This document shows, piece by piece, positions 8,028 to 15,871 of a stretch of 64,000 nucleotides of DNA (its first letter is position 1; the number at the start of each line of letters is the position of its first letter). The position numbers and the translations under genes were made by a program. Under the pieces are notes generated by a model. It searched no databases. It saw only the letters and a program-made list of their open reading frames with translations, and was not told the origin of the DNA. The stretch comes from an uncultured Actinomycetes bacterium (GTDB lineage: Bacteria; Actinomycetota; JAICYB01): positions 20,661 to 84,660 of the forward strand of contig CAZFOB010000005.1 of assembly GCA_964520325.1 (NCBI GenBank), in the 5' to 3' direction.

Positions 8028-8606
8028 TCAGGCAGCAGCCGCGACGGGAGGACCGCGGACACGATCGCGGACGGGCGAACGCGAGAACACTGCCAGGTCC
8101 GAGGAGACGACCACCCGCTCCTGTCCGCCGACGGCCTGGACGACCGCGTCGTCCCGGATCCGCTCGCCGATCCGGCGCAGACCGGAGACGACAAGACCGA
8201 GGACGAGAGCGACGACCACCTGCGCGAGCAGGCCGATCGACAGAAGCGCAAGTGACAGCGACGCCATCGACGCACCGGTTACGAGGCGCTCGACGATCTC
8301 GAGCGTGACGAACGCCGCGACTTGAAGCGCAACGAGCCGAGCAGCGACGCGGCCGTACCTCAGGTGTTTCCGGCGAGATCGGTGGAGCGCTCCCGCGGCG
8401 ATCCCCGTCACGAGTGCGGCGATACCGAAGACCACGGCAAGCCAGGAGGCCGACGGGAGGTAGCCGTGGCCGGTGCCGGCCAGCGCGACCGTACGGTGAT
8501 GGACGTCGGGGATGGCGATCGCGTAGCCGAGGGCGTGCCCGCCGATCAGTCCGGCCGCGCCGAGGCCGAGGATCGTCAGTGCGCGCAGGATCGATATGCG
8601 GCGCAT
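8028..8606 (-). CDS. Hypothetical 4-TM membrane protein with His-rich first loop
   Basis: 192 aa with GGHALGYAIAIPDVHHRTVALAGTGHGY between the first two TM segments. Codon bias looks coding. No family recognised. Confidence 0.5.
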   Translation of the reverse strand: MRRISILRALTILGLGAAGLIGGHALGYAIAIPDVHHRTVALAGTGHGYLPSASWLAVVFGIAALVTGIAAGALHRSRRKHLRYGRVAARLVALQVAAFVTLEIVERLVTGASMASLSLALLSIGLLAQVVVALVLGLVVSGLRRIGERIRDDAVVQAVGGQERVVVSSDLAVFSRSPVRDRVRGPPVAAAA

Positions 8607-8648
8607 GTCGAAAGTGTATTCGCGCCGTCGGGTCGCGCCGGACGGTGC

Positions 8649-11024
8649 CTAGAGCAGCGGGACGCGGCGCAGGCCTCCACCAAGTGGTTGGGAACGCAAC
8701 AGCCGCAGACCATTGGCGACCACCATGAGCGTGGCACCCACGTCGGCGAGAACGGCCATCCACAATGTGAGCAGGCCGGCGAGCGCGAGAACCGCCGCCA
8801 CCACCTTCACTCCGAGGGAGAACGCGATGTTCTGGCGCACCACTGCCGCCGTCCAGCGTGAGAGACCGATGAGTCCCGCCACTTTCCCGATGTCCTCGCC
8901 CATGAGCGCGACATCGGCCGTCTCGATCGCCGTCGGACTCCCCGCGCTGCCCATCGCGATCCCCAGCGAAGAGCGCGCCAGCGCCGGCGCATCGTTGACA
9001 CCATCGCCCACCATGGCCGTCGCGCCGAACTCAGCTTGCAACTCTTCGAGCGCCGCGACCTTCTCTTCCGGCAACAGCTCCGGACGCACATCGTCGACGC
9101 CGGCCTCACGCATCACGCGCTGAGCGGCGGCGGCGTGATCACCGGTAAGCAGAACAGTCCGCTTCACGCCAACACGCCCGAGAGCCGCAACGCCCTCCCG
9201 CGCTCCGGTGCGCACCGCATCGTCGATGCCGATCACACCCGCGAGCTGATCCTCACTTCCGACGACCACGACCGTGCGCCCCTCGCGCTCGAGCTCGCCG
9301 ATCGCCTCGGCGGCTTCAGCGATCCGTGGATGCCCGCTGAAGGCAGCCGGCTTGCCGAGGCGCAACACAGACCCGTCGACCGTTCCCTCGACACCGGAGC
9401 CGCGCATGGCTTCGAACGCCTCGAGCCGGCCGGGCTCGACGTTGTGGCGCTCGGCTTCCTCGACGATCGCTCGCGCAAGCGGGTGCTCCGACCCGGACTC
9501 GAGCGTCGCTGCGAGCCGGAGCAGCTGCGCGTCGGTGTGTGCACCCAAGGGCAAGATCTTCGTGACGCGCGGCCGCCCCGCCGTGAGCGTCCCCGTCTTG
9601 TCGAACGCGACCGCACGAACCGACGCGGCGGCCTCGAGATACGCGCCGCCCTTGACGAGAACACCGGCCGCCGACGCGCGCGCGAGCGCGGAGACGACCG
9701 CGACCGGAGTCGCGATGACGAGCGCACACGGGCACGCGAGTATCAAGAACGCGAGCCCGCGATAGAGCCAGTCGGCGAAGGACCCGAAGCCGAACAGCGC
9801 GGGAAAAACCGCCGTCGCCAAGGCCACACCCATCACGATCGGCGTGTACACACGGGCGAAGCGGTCGACCCATCGCTCAGCCGGAGAGCGCTGCGCCTGC
9901 GCTTCCGCGACGGCGCGGCCGATGCGAGCGAGGGTGCTGTCTCCCGGCGCCCGATCGACGCGGATCTCGAGCCGGCCTTCGCCGTTGAACGTCCCGGCGA
10001 AGACCTCGTCCCCAACTGTCTTATCGACCGGGATCGCCTCACCGGTGATCGGCGCCTGGTCGACGGCACCAGAACCCGCGACGACCACTCCATCCGCCGA
10101 GATCCGCTCACCCGGACGTACCACGACGACATCACTCACCACCAGATCAGAGGCCGGAACCTCCACCTCGTCGGTACCGCGCAGCACTCTCGCGCTTTCC
10201 GGAGCGAGAGCGAGCAGCTCCGAGAGTGACCGCCGGGATCGAGCGACCGCGTACCGCTCGAGGTCTGATCCGATGGAGAACAGCACGACGACGAGCGCTG
10301 CCTCGAGCCACGCTCCGATGGCGCCGGCGCCGATCACGGCGATCGTCATCAGGATGTTGATGTCGGGGCGCCGGGTGGCGCGCAACGCCGCGACACCCGA
10401 CCGGGCGACCGTCCATCCGCCGGCGACGACGGCGATGACGTACAACGCTCGCGCGATCGCATCGGCCCCGTAGGCCGAAGCGGCGACGGCCGTGAGCATC
10501 GCAACGACGGCTGCACCGGTCTGCACCTCGCGCTTGCGGCGCGCCAAGAAGCCACGTGGTTCGGCCTCAACTCCCGTCTCATCTTTGATCGGGATGCGAT
10601 AGCCGAGAGCAGACACCTGGTTGCGGAGTCGCTCGAGAAAATCGGGAGCAGCAACGTCGTACTCGACACGCATCCGCGCCGCCGCGAAGTTCACCGAGCA
10701 CGCGGTCGCGCCGTCCATACGCAAGGCTGCGCGCTCGATCGTTTGCGCGCAGTCGTAGCAGTCCATCCCTTCGACGCGCAGGATCTCGTGGTGGTAGCGG
10801 CGGGCCAGCGTTGCCCCCACGGTGTCGGCCGCCTGCGTCACGCACGAGAGCGAACAGTGCTCGGGGTCGTAGGCAACGCGGACGGCGCTCGTACCGACGG
10901 GCTCGACGGCAACAACACCCCGGTGCCGGCTGAGCTCGGTGAAGAGGCGTCCCGCGCAACTCTCACAGTCGTCGCCGGCTGCGAGGTGGACCGGGATCTC
11001 CGCGGTCTGTGTCGGTGGAGTCAT
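8649..11024 (-). CDS. Heavy-metal P1B-type ATPase, Zn/Cd/Pb (CadA/ZntA)-like
   Basis: Two N-terminal CxxC metal-binding modules (DDCESCAG, MDCYDCAQ), a TM6 ACPCALVIATP, DKTGTLT, GDGVNDAP, a TM7 Lys (LGVKV) and a TM8 ADVGATLMVVANGLRLL (DxG). That combination is typical of P1B-2 rather than Cu-type pumps. Confidence 0.9.
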   Translation of the reverse strand: MTPPTQTAEIPVHLAAGDDCESCAGRLFTELSRHRGVVAVEPVGTSAVRVAYDPEHCSLSCVTQAADTVGATLARRYHHEILRVEGMDCYDCAQTIERAALRMDGATACSVNFAAARMRVEYDVAAPDFLERLRNQVSALGYRIPIKDETGVEAEPRGFLARRKREVQTGAAVVAMLTAVAASAYGADAIARALYVIAVVAGGWTVARSGVAALRATRRPDINILMTIAVIGAGAIGAWLEAALVVVLFSIGSDLERYAVARSRRSLSELLALAPESARVLRGTDEVEVPASDLVVSDVVVVRPGERISADGVVVAGSGAVDQAPITGEAIPVDKTVGDEVFAGTFNGEGRLEIRVDRAPGDSTLARIGRAVAEAQAQRSPAERWVDRFARVYTPIVMGVALATAVFPALFGFGSFADWLYRGLAFLILACPCALVIATPVAVVSALARASAAGVLVKGGAYLEAAASVRAVAFDKTGTLTAGRPRVTKILPLGAHTDAQLLRLAATLESGSEHPLARAIVEEAERHNVEPGRLEAFEAMRGSGVEGTVDGSVLRLGKPAAFSGHPRIAEAAEAIGELEREGRTVVVVGSEDQLAGVIGIDDAVRTGAREGVAALGRVGVKRTVLLTGDHAAAAQRVMREAGVDDVRPELLPEEKVAALEELQAEFGATAMVGDGVNDAPALARSSLGIAMGSAGSPTAIETADVALMGEDIGKVAGLIGLSRWTAAVVRQNIAFSLGVKVVAAVLALAGLLTLWMAVLADVGATLMVVANGLRLLRSQPLGGGLRRVPLL

Positions 11025-11398
11025 TCGGCCGTGTGCCGGACGTGCTCGGCCGACAGATCGAGCAGGAGTCGGACGTGCGCATCGTGCAGGCTGTAGTACA
11101 CGGTGCGCCCGGCGCGGCGGTTGCGGACGATCCCGGCTGTGCGCAGAAGCCGCAACGCGTGAGACACCGACGTCTCGGGCATGTCGATGGTCGCGGCAAG
11201 ATCGCAGACACAGAGCTCACCCGCCTCGAGGAGCGCATAGAGAAGCCGCACGCGCCCGGGGTCGCCGAGGAGCCGGAACTGGTCGGCCAATTGCTGGGCC
11301 TCGGTCTGCGGCAACAATCGTTCGCGCGCCGCCTGCACGCGCTCGGGATCGATCGCTCGCACCGGGCAGGCGTCGAGGCCGACGATGTTCTCGGTCAT
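11021..11398 (-). CDS. ArsR/SmtB-family metal-sensing repressor
   Basis: ..LLGDPGRVRLLYALLEAGELCVCDLAATIDMPETSVSHALRLLRTAGIV.. with the CVC alpha-3 site. Its stop overlaps the ATPase start by 4 nt. Confidence 0.9.
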   Translation of the reverse strand: MTENIVGLDACPVRAIDPERVQAARERLLPQTEAQQLADQFRLLGDPGRVRLLYALLEAGELCVCDLAATIDMPETSVSHALRLLRTAGIVRNRRAGRTVYYSLHDAHVRLLLDLSAEHVRHTAE

Positions 11399-11421
11399 CT
11401 CGCTCCTTCCAAGATTATCTG

Positions 11422-11439
11422 AATATCTGTTCAGATATT
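11422..11439. promoter_or_regulatory. ArsR/SmtB-type operator: perfect 8-2-8 palindrome AATATCTG-TT-CAGATATT
   Basis: Read directly in the AT-rich divergent spacer, 24 nt from the arsR-like start and 54 nt from the DUF3105 start. It contains the TGAACA core of classic 12-2-12 SmtB/CadC operators. An extra upstream TATCTGA half-site is also present. Confidence 0.6.
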
Positions 11440-11492
11440 AGGACTGACATGTGCCTTGGTCAAGGTGAGAGCCTCGTATCCTTCGCTCAGTC

Positions 11493-12065
11493 ATGGCTCT
11501 CCGTCACGCGGCTCAAGCTCGAAGGCGACCTCGCTCATTCGTTCTCACGGTCGGGATCGTGCTCGCCACGGCCGGTGCGGTGAACTTTTTCGGATGCTCC
11601 CAACAACAGGACGTCGAGACCGTCGCGCCACCGAAAGGCGTCCGCACATTCGACGTCGAGGGTGGCCACTCCGATCTCCCGGTCGAGTACGACGTCACCC
11701 CGCCGGTTGGGGGGAAGCACGACCCGCTGCCACAGACGTGCGCGTTCTACGCCGAGCCCGTACGCAGTGAGCACGCCGTCCATTCCTTGGAGCATGGCGC
11801 CGTCTGGATCACGTACCGTCGAGGCCTCGCCGACGACCAGATCGACATCTTGCGCGGGCTGGCGGAGACCAGCGCGAAGGTCTTGGTCAGCGAATGGCGA
11901 GGTGACCTGCCCGCGACGGTCGTCGCCTCAGCTTGGGGCCGCCAGCTCCGCCTTCGGTCGGCCAGAGATGATCGCCTCGTGAGATTCATCGACGTATTCC
12001 AAAGCGCCACAACAGCGCCCGAACCGGCAGCCCGATGCGGAGGCGTTGGCCAGCCCCTCGCGTGA
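11493..12065 (+). CDS. DUF3105 domain-containing membrane-anchored protein
   Basis: N-terminal TM or lipoprotein-like segment (..ATAGAVNFFGCS), then ..TPPVGGKHDP..EHAVHSLEHGAVWITY.., matching my memory of DUF3105. Confidence 0.65.
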   Translation: MALRHAAQARRRPRSFVLTVGIVLATAGAVNFFGCSQQQDVETVAPPKGVRTFDVEGGHSDLPVEYDVTPPVGGKHDPLPQTCAFYAEPVRSEHAVHSLEHGAVWITYRRGLADDQIDILRGLAETSAKVLVSEWRGDLPATVVASAWGRQLRLRSARDDRLVRFIDVFQSATTAPEPAARCGGVGQPLA

Positions 12066-12085
12066 ACGTTTACCAACGGATCGCG

Positions 12086-12115
12086 TTGACACTCCCGACC
12101 GGACGGCCGTAGGTT
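12086..12115 (+). promoter_or_regulatory. Candidate promoter: TTGACA-N18-TAGGTT
   Basis: TTGACA at 12086-12091 and TAGGTT (TANNNT) at 12110-12115. This would place the transcription start just upstream of the riboswitch core. Confidence 0.35.
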
Positions 12116-12119
12116 CCTG

Positions 12120-12280
12120 GCATAGAGCAAACGTGAGGGTGCCCCCAAGGCCCGGATGCCCGGGGCAGAAGCAGCGAAGCCGGTTGGAGTCCGGCGCTGA
12201 CCCGCAACTGTGAGCGATCCGGCGAACCGTCCATCCAGGGCGGCGCCGAGTTCGTGAGCCAGGACGCCTCGCCGTCACGT
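12120..12280 (+). promoter_or_regulatory. Cobalamin (B12) riboswitch
   Basis: GGTGCC (12138) ... GAAGCCGGTTGGAGTCCGGCGCTGACCCGCAACTGTGAGC (B12-box region) ... GAGCCAGGACGCC, in the order of the Rfam cobalamin consensus. Downstream, CTCCT (12290-94) can pair with the SD AGGAG (12305-09) of the first gene. Confidence 0.8.
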
Positions 12281-12319
12281 TGCTCCGGTCTCCTTCGAGG
12301 AAAGAGGAGGTGGAGCTGT

Positions 12320-12808
12320 ATGAAGCGAGTGTCGCTTCACGTCTTGGTGGTCGCCATGTCCATGGCACTGCTCGGGACCACGCTCGTCGCGCCCCAGGCG
12401 GACGCGCGTGGCCGCGGCAAGGCCGGTGTCGTCGTCGTCCACGGCGACGGACGCGTTGTGACCGAGTGTGTACGTCTCGACCGTGCCACTATCTCTGGCT
12501 TGCAGCTGCTCGAGCGAACCGGCATCCCGTTCAGCGCTGCGCGGTTCGGCTTCGGTACGGCGATCTGCCGGCTCGACGGAGAAGGACCCGATACCACCGA
12601 CTCGAGCGACTGCTTCTCGGATCCGCAAGACCGGTTCTGGGGCTACTGGACACAGGACAAGGGCGACGCGGGTCCGGTGTCCTCCGAGTTCGGCGCGGGT
12701 GATCGCAGGGTCAGGAGGCGCTCGATCGATTACTGGGTGTGGGACGCACTTCCGTCGGAGGCGCCGGCCACGCTCACGTTCGCCCAGGTCTGCGGGGCGG
12801 CGGCGTAG
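12320..12808 (+). CDS. Secreted DUF4430-like (transcobalamin beta-domain-like) protein
   Basis: ATG 12320 preceded by AGGAGG, with signal peptide MKRVSLHVLVVAMSMALLGTTLVAPQADA. It is a paralog of the 14061-14708 product. ..FWGYWTQ..GAGDRRV..IDYWVW fits the DUF4430 pattern as I recall it. Confidence 0.7.
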   Translation: MKRVSLHVLVVAMSMALLGTTLVAPQADARGRGKAGVVVVHGDGRVVTECVRLDRATISGLQLLERTGIPFSAARFGFGTAICRLDGEGPDTTDSSDCFSDPQDRFWGYWTQDKGDAGPVSSEFGAGDRRVRRRSIDYWVWDALPSEAPATLTFAQVCGAAA

Positions 12809-12813
12809 GACTC

Positions 12814-14064
12814 GTGCGTCGACCCATCGCGTTGCTGTTCGTCGTCGGTCTTGTGTCTGCGTCCGCCTCGTCTGCGGCCTCCTCTGCGGCTCTTGGCGAC
12901 GACCGAACCATGAATGCGCAACGTGGCGCCGAGTGGCTGTCGCGCCAGCAACACAGCAACGGCGCATTCGAGAACCCCGACCAGGCCGCCGAGGAGACCG
13001 CGTCCATCGTTGTCGCCGTAGTCGCCGGCGGCGGCGAGCAGCCCGTCATCGAGAAGGCGCTCGGCTATCTCGCGGCCAACGGACGCGCTGCGAGTGTGCG
13101 CGGCGCGTACACCGGGCGCATCGTCGCGGCGATCGTCGCCGGGGGCGGCGATCCGAGCGATCATGGCGGTTTCGACTTCGTCGCGAAGTTGCGCTCGCAG
13201 CAACGCCCGGATGGCGCCTACGACGACAAGTTCTTCGGACACCTCGAGGCCGTCAACGGGCTCCTCGCCGCCAAGGCTGCAGTCCCGAGCGGAGCGTTGG
13301 CGTCGATCCGAGACAGTGAGTGCAGCGGAGGAGGGTTCGGAGACGACTATGGATGCCCGAACGGTGCCAACGTCGACAGCACCGCGCTGGCCGTCGATGC
13401 ACTGATCGCGGCGAAGGAACGCGATGCGGTCGTCACGCGCGCGCGCAGCTACCTCCTCTCGGCCCAGCACGCAGACGGCGGATTCGGGTTCACCGAAGCA
13501 ACCAGTTCCGACTCGACCGGCCTCGCGCTCTCGGCGATCGCGAGCCTGAAAGAGGACGCGCAAGCCACACCCTGGCGACAGAACGATGACGACGATCCGG
13601 TGAGCGCGTTGCTGCAGCTGCAGACCAAGAGCGGTGCATTCAGGTTCGTCGCGACGGGCAAGGCGAACGTACGGTCGACGTCCAACGCCGTCCCTGGTCT
13701 TGCCGGCGTCGCGTATCCGGTTCCCCGCCGCGCCGTTGCCGCCGCAACCCCCAAGCCCGCACGAAGCCCGAAACCCTCCGCGCCAGGTGACAGCGCCGGC
13801 GCTGGTCCGATCGCGCCGCCGGGTTCGCCAGTTCCGGGCCTCGTCGCCGGCAACGGCGAGGGTGCACCGCCAACGTCGGCGGCGACCACGCCGATGCCGT
13901 CGGCCTCGGCTCTCAGCCACCCCGCACCATTCGGTGGTGCGTCCGAAGAGAGCGCTGATGAAAGCGATGGTCTGCCGCGCGCCGTGGCCGCGACGCTGCT
14001 CGGGGCCGGGATCGTCGGTGCGGGCTACGGCGGGTTCAGGTGGCGGCGCAGCATACGACGATGA
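12814..14064 (+). CDS. Exported prenyltransferase/squalene-oxidase-repeat (alpha/alpha toroid) protein with Pro-rich linker and C-terminal TM anchor
   Basis: GTG 12814 lies 5 nt after the upstream stop, followed by a signal peptide. Five QxxxG[AG]F-type repeats are present (QQHSNGAF, QQRPDGAY, ECSGGGF, AQHADGGF, QTKSGAF). The tail is ..PKPARSPKPSAP.. then AVAATLLGAGIVGAGYGGF-RWRR. Confidence 0.75.
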   Translation: MRRPIALLFVVGLVSASASSAASSAALGDDRTMNAQRGAEWLSRQQHSNGAFENPDQAAEETASIVVAVVAGGGEQPVIEKALGYLAANGRAASVRGAYTGRIVAAIVAGGGDPSDHGGFDFVAKLRSQQRPDGAYDDKFFGHLEAVNGLLAAKAAVPSGALASIRDSECSGGGFGDDYGCPNGANVDSTALAVDALIAAKERDAVVTRARSYLLSAQHADGGFGFTEATSSDSTGLALSAIASLKEDAQATPWRQNDDDDPVSALLQLQTKSGAFRFVATGKANVRSTSNAVPGLAGVAYPVPRRAVAAATPKPARSPKPSAPGDSAGAGPIAPPGSPVPGLVAGNGEGAPPTSAATTPMPSASALSHPAPFGGASEESADESDGLPRAVAATLLGAGIVGAGYGGFRWRRSIRR

Positions 14065-14708
14065 TCCGATGGCGCGGCCCCGCCGCCGCTGCGTGCATCG
14101 CGGCGATCGCGGTCTTGCAATCACCGACGCTCGATGCCGCCGAGCCCAACCGCGCCGGACTCGTCGTGCGCTCGGCAGACGGCGAGGTGGCTCGGATGTG
14201 TGTCTTCTTCGACGAGTTGCAGATCAGCGGTCTCGATCTGCTCGAGCGCTCTGCTCTGCCTCTCGTGACCGATCGCTCTTCGCTCGGCGCCGCGATCTGC
14301 AAGCTCGGCAACAAAGGCTGCGCCACCGGCGACTGTTTCTGCCGCTACCCGACGTTCTGGGGCTACTGGGTGCACGAGCCCAAGTTGGACGAGTGGACGT
14401 TCTCCGAAGTCGGTGCGGCCGACCGCATGATCCGCAACGGCGACGTGGACGGTTGGTCGTTCGGCAAGGACGGCAAGCCGCCTCCAGGCAACGAGTCGTT
14501 CAAGAAGCTCTGCGGACCCGGCGCGCGCGATGCCGCAACGACCGCTGCGGCCGGACGAAAGGCTGCCGCACCACTCGCACAGCCGGTGTCCAACACCCGA
14601 GGCAACTACCTCGGGTTTGGGGCATCCGTCGCGTTGTTCACCTCCGCTGGAGCGGGGCTATGGCTGATGCAGCGCCGGCGGCTCAGGCCGCCACGAGCAG
14701 ACCTGTGA
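14061..14708 (+). CDS. DUF4430-like paralog with C-terminal TM anchor
   Basis: ATG 14061 overlaps the upstream stop (ATGA). It aligns by eye with the 12320 product (GLVVRSADGEV..CV....ISGLDLLERS..P..GAAICKL..GC..DCF..FWGYW..GAADR..D.W). C-terminal TM segment GFGASVALFTSAGAGLWLM-QRRR. Confidence 0.7.
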   Translation: MIRWRGPAAAACIAAIAVLQSPTLDAAEPNRAGLVVRSADGEVARMCVFFDELQISGLDLLERSALPLVTDRSSLGAAICKLGNKGCATGDCFCRYPTFWGYWVHEPKLDEWTFSEVGAADRMIRNGDVDGWSFGKDGKPPPGNESFKKLCGPGARDAATTAAAGRKAAAPLAQPVSNTRGNYLGFGASVALFTSAGAGLWLMQRRRLRPPRADL

Positions 14709-15864
14709 GGTACATCACGAGCACACCGGCGACGAAGCCGACGCCGTTGAGCGGTGACGCTGCGTCCTTACTGTTGCGCCGGAGCAGCTTGAGGATCTCC
14801 CACACCACTTGCACGATCGCTCCGGCCCCCACCGACAGGAACAGCACCGCGAGCGTCGGCGAGTAGGACAGACCGCCCGACCACGTGCCGACGATCGTCG
14901 GCACGCCGGCGAGCAAGCCCAGTCCGAGCAACGCCTTGAGGCTCGGGTTCGCGCGCGCGAGCGGCGACACGATGCCCAGGCCCTCGGTGACGTTGTGCAG
15001 CATGAACCCGATGATGAGGAACGTCGTGAGGCCAACCTCGCCGATCGCGAACGCCGCTCCGATCGCGAGTCCCTCGCCGAGGTTATGCAGGCCGATGCCG
15101 ACCGCGATCAAAGCAGAGACGTAGAGCGGCGTCATCTCACCGCCGCGACGATTACGCATCCATCCGTCCACTGCATAGAGCGCAGCAAGTGCGCCGACGA
15201 CACCGACAACGATGAGTCCAACGCCTTGGAACGCACCCGGAACGCTTCCCGAGATCTCCAACGCCTCGTCGAGCGCGTCGACGGCGAGGAATACGAGCAG
15301 ACCGGCAGTGAGCGCAAGGAAGAAGTCGATCCAGGCTTGCGGGAGCCGGCGGAGGAACGGGAGCCAGAACAGTCCGAGCAGAACGGGGATCACACCGACG
15401 AAGATGCCGATGAGGGTGAACGTCCACAGTGTGCGGGCGCTGCCCTCCGGCGTCGCGACCGCAACCGCGATGTCATGGGTGAACACCACACCGGACGCAG
15501 TGATCACCTTGACCGCGTGGGCTTCACCGTCGACCCACGGGTACGGGATCGTGATCGTTGCGCGGGCGAGACGGCCGATCTCGGACCCCGGCGAGATCTC
15601 GTATGTCCAGTACGCATCGTCCACGAGAACCTGCGCGACGGTCAGCGGATCGGGACCCCCGTTGGTCACCGAGAGAACGATCTCGTACGGGTCATCGTCC
15701 AGAACAGCCCGCGTGACGGTGAGCTCCTCCACCGCCGGGACGTCCGGACGCAGACTCTGCAACGGATCCATGCGGACGAACGCGAAGATGACGAGCCCGA
15801 GGACGATCAACGGCATCAGCGCGAACGCAACCGTCGATCCACCGGAGCGGTCTTGCGTCTTCAT
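14683..15864 (-). CDS. ZIP-family divalent metal transporter with an extra ~130-aa extracytoplasmic N-terminal domain
   Basis: GLHNLGEGLAIG and MLHNVTEGLGI (HNxxEG ZIP motifs). There is an N-terminal TM segment plus a beta-rich domain before the ZIP core. ATG 15864 is chosen, 7 nt after the MCO stop. Confidence 0.8.
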   Translation of the reverse strand: MKTQDRSGGSTVAFALMPLIVLGLVIFAFVRMDPLQSLRPDVPAVEELTVTRAVLDDDPYEIVLSVTNGGPDPLTVAQVLVDDAYWTYEISPGSEIGRLARATITIPYPWVDGEAHAVKVITASGVVFTHDIAVAVATPEGSARTLWTFTLIGIFVGVIPVLLGLFWLPFLRRLPQAWIDFFLALTAGLLVFLAVDALDEALEISGSVPGAFQGVGLIVVGVVGALAALYAVDGWMRNRRGGEMTPLYVSALIAVGIGLHNLGEGLAIGAAFAIGEVGLTTFLIIGFMLHNVTEGLGIVSPLARANPSLKALLGLGLLAGVPTIVGTWSGGLSYSPTLAVLFLSVGAGAIVQVVWEILKLLRRNSKDAASPLNGVGFVAGVLVMYLTGLLVAA

Positions 15865-15871
15865 CCCGTGC

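Noticed and set aside
8607-8648. Intrinsic terminator after the P1B ATPase gene
   Set aside because: A GC hairpin (CACCGTC...GACGGCG on the minus strand) exists but no T/U tract follows it. The next gene starts 42 nt downstream on the same strand, so it is more likely just an inter-cistronic structure.
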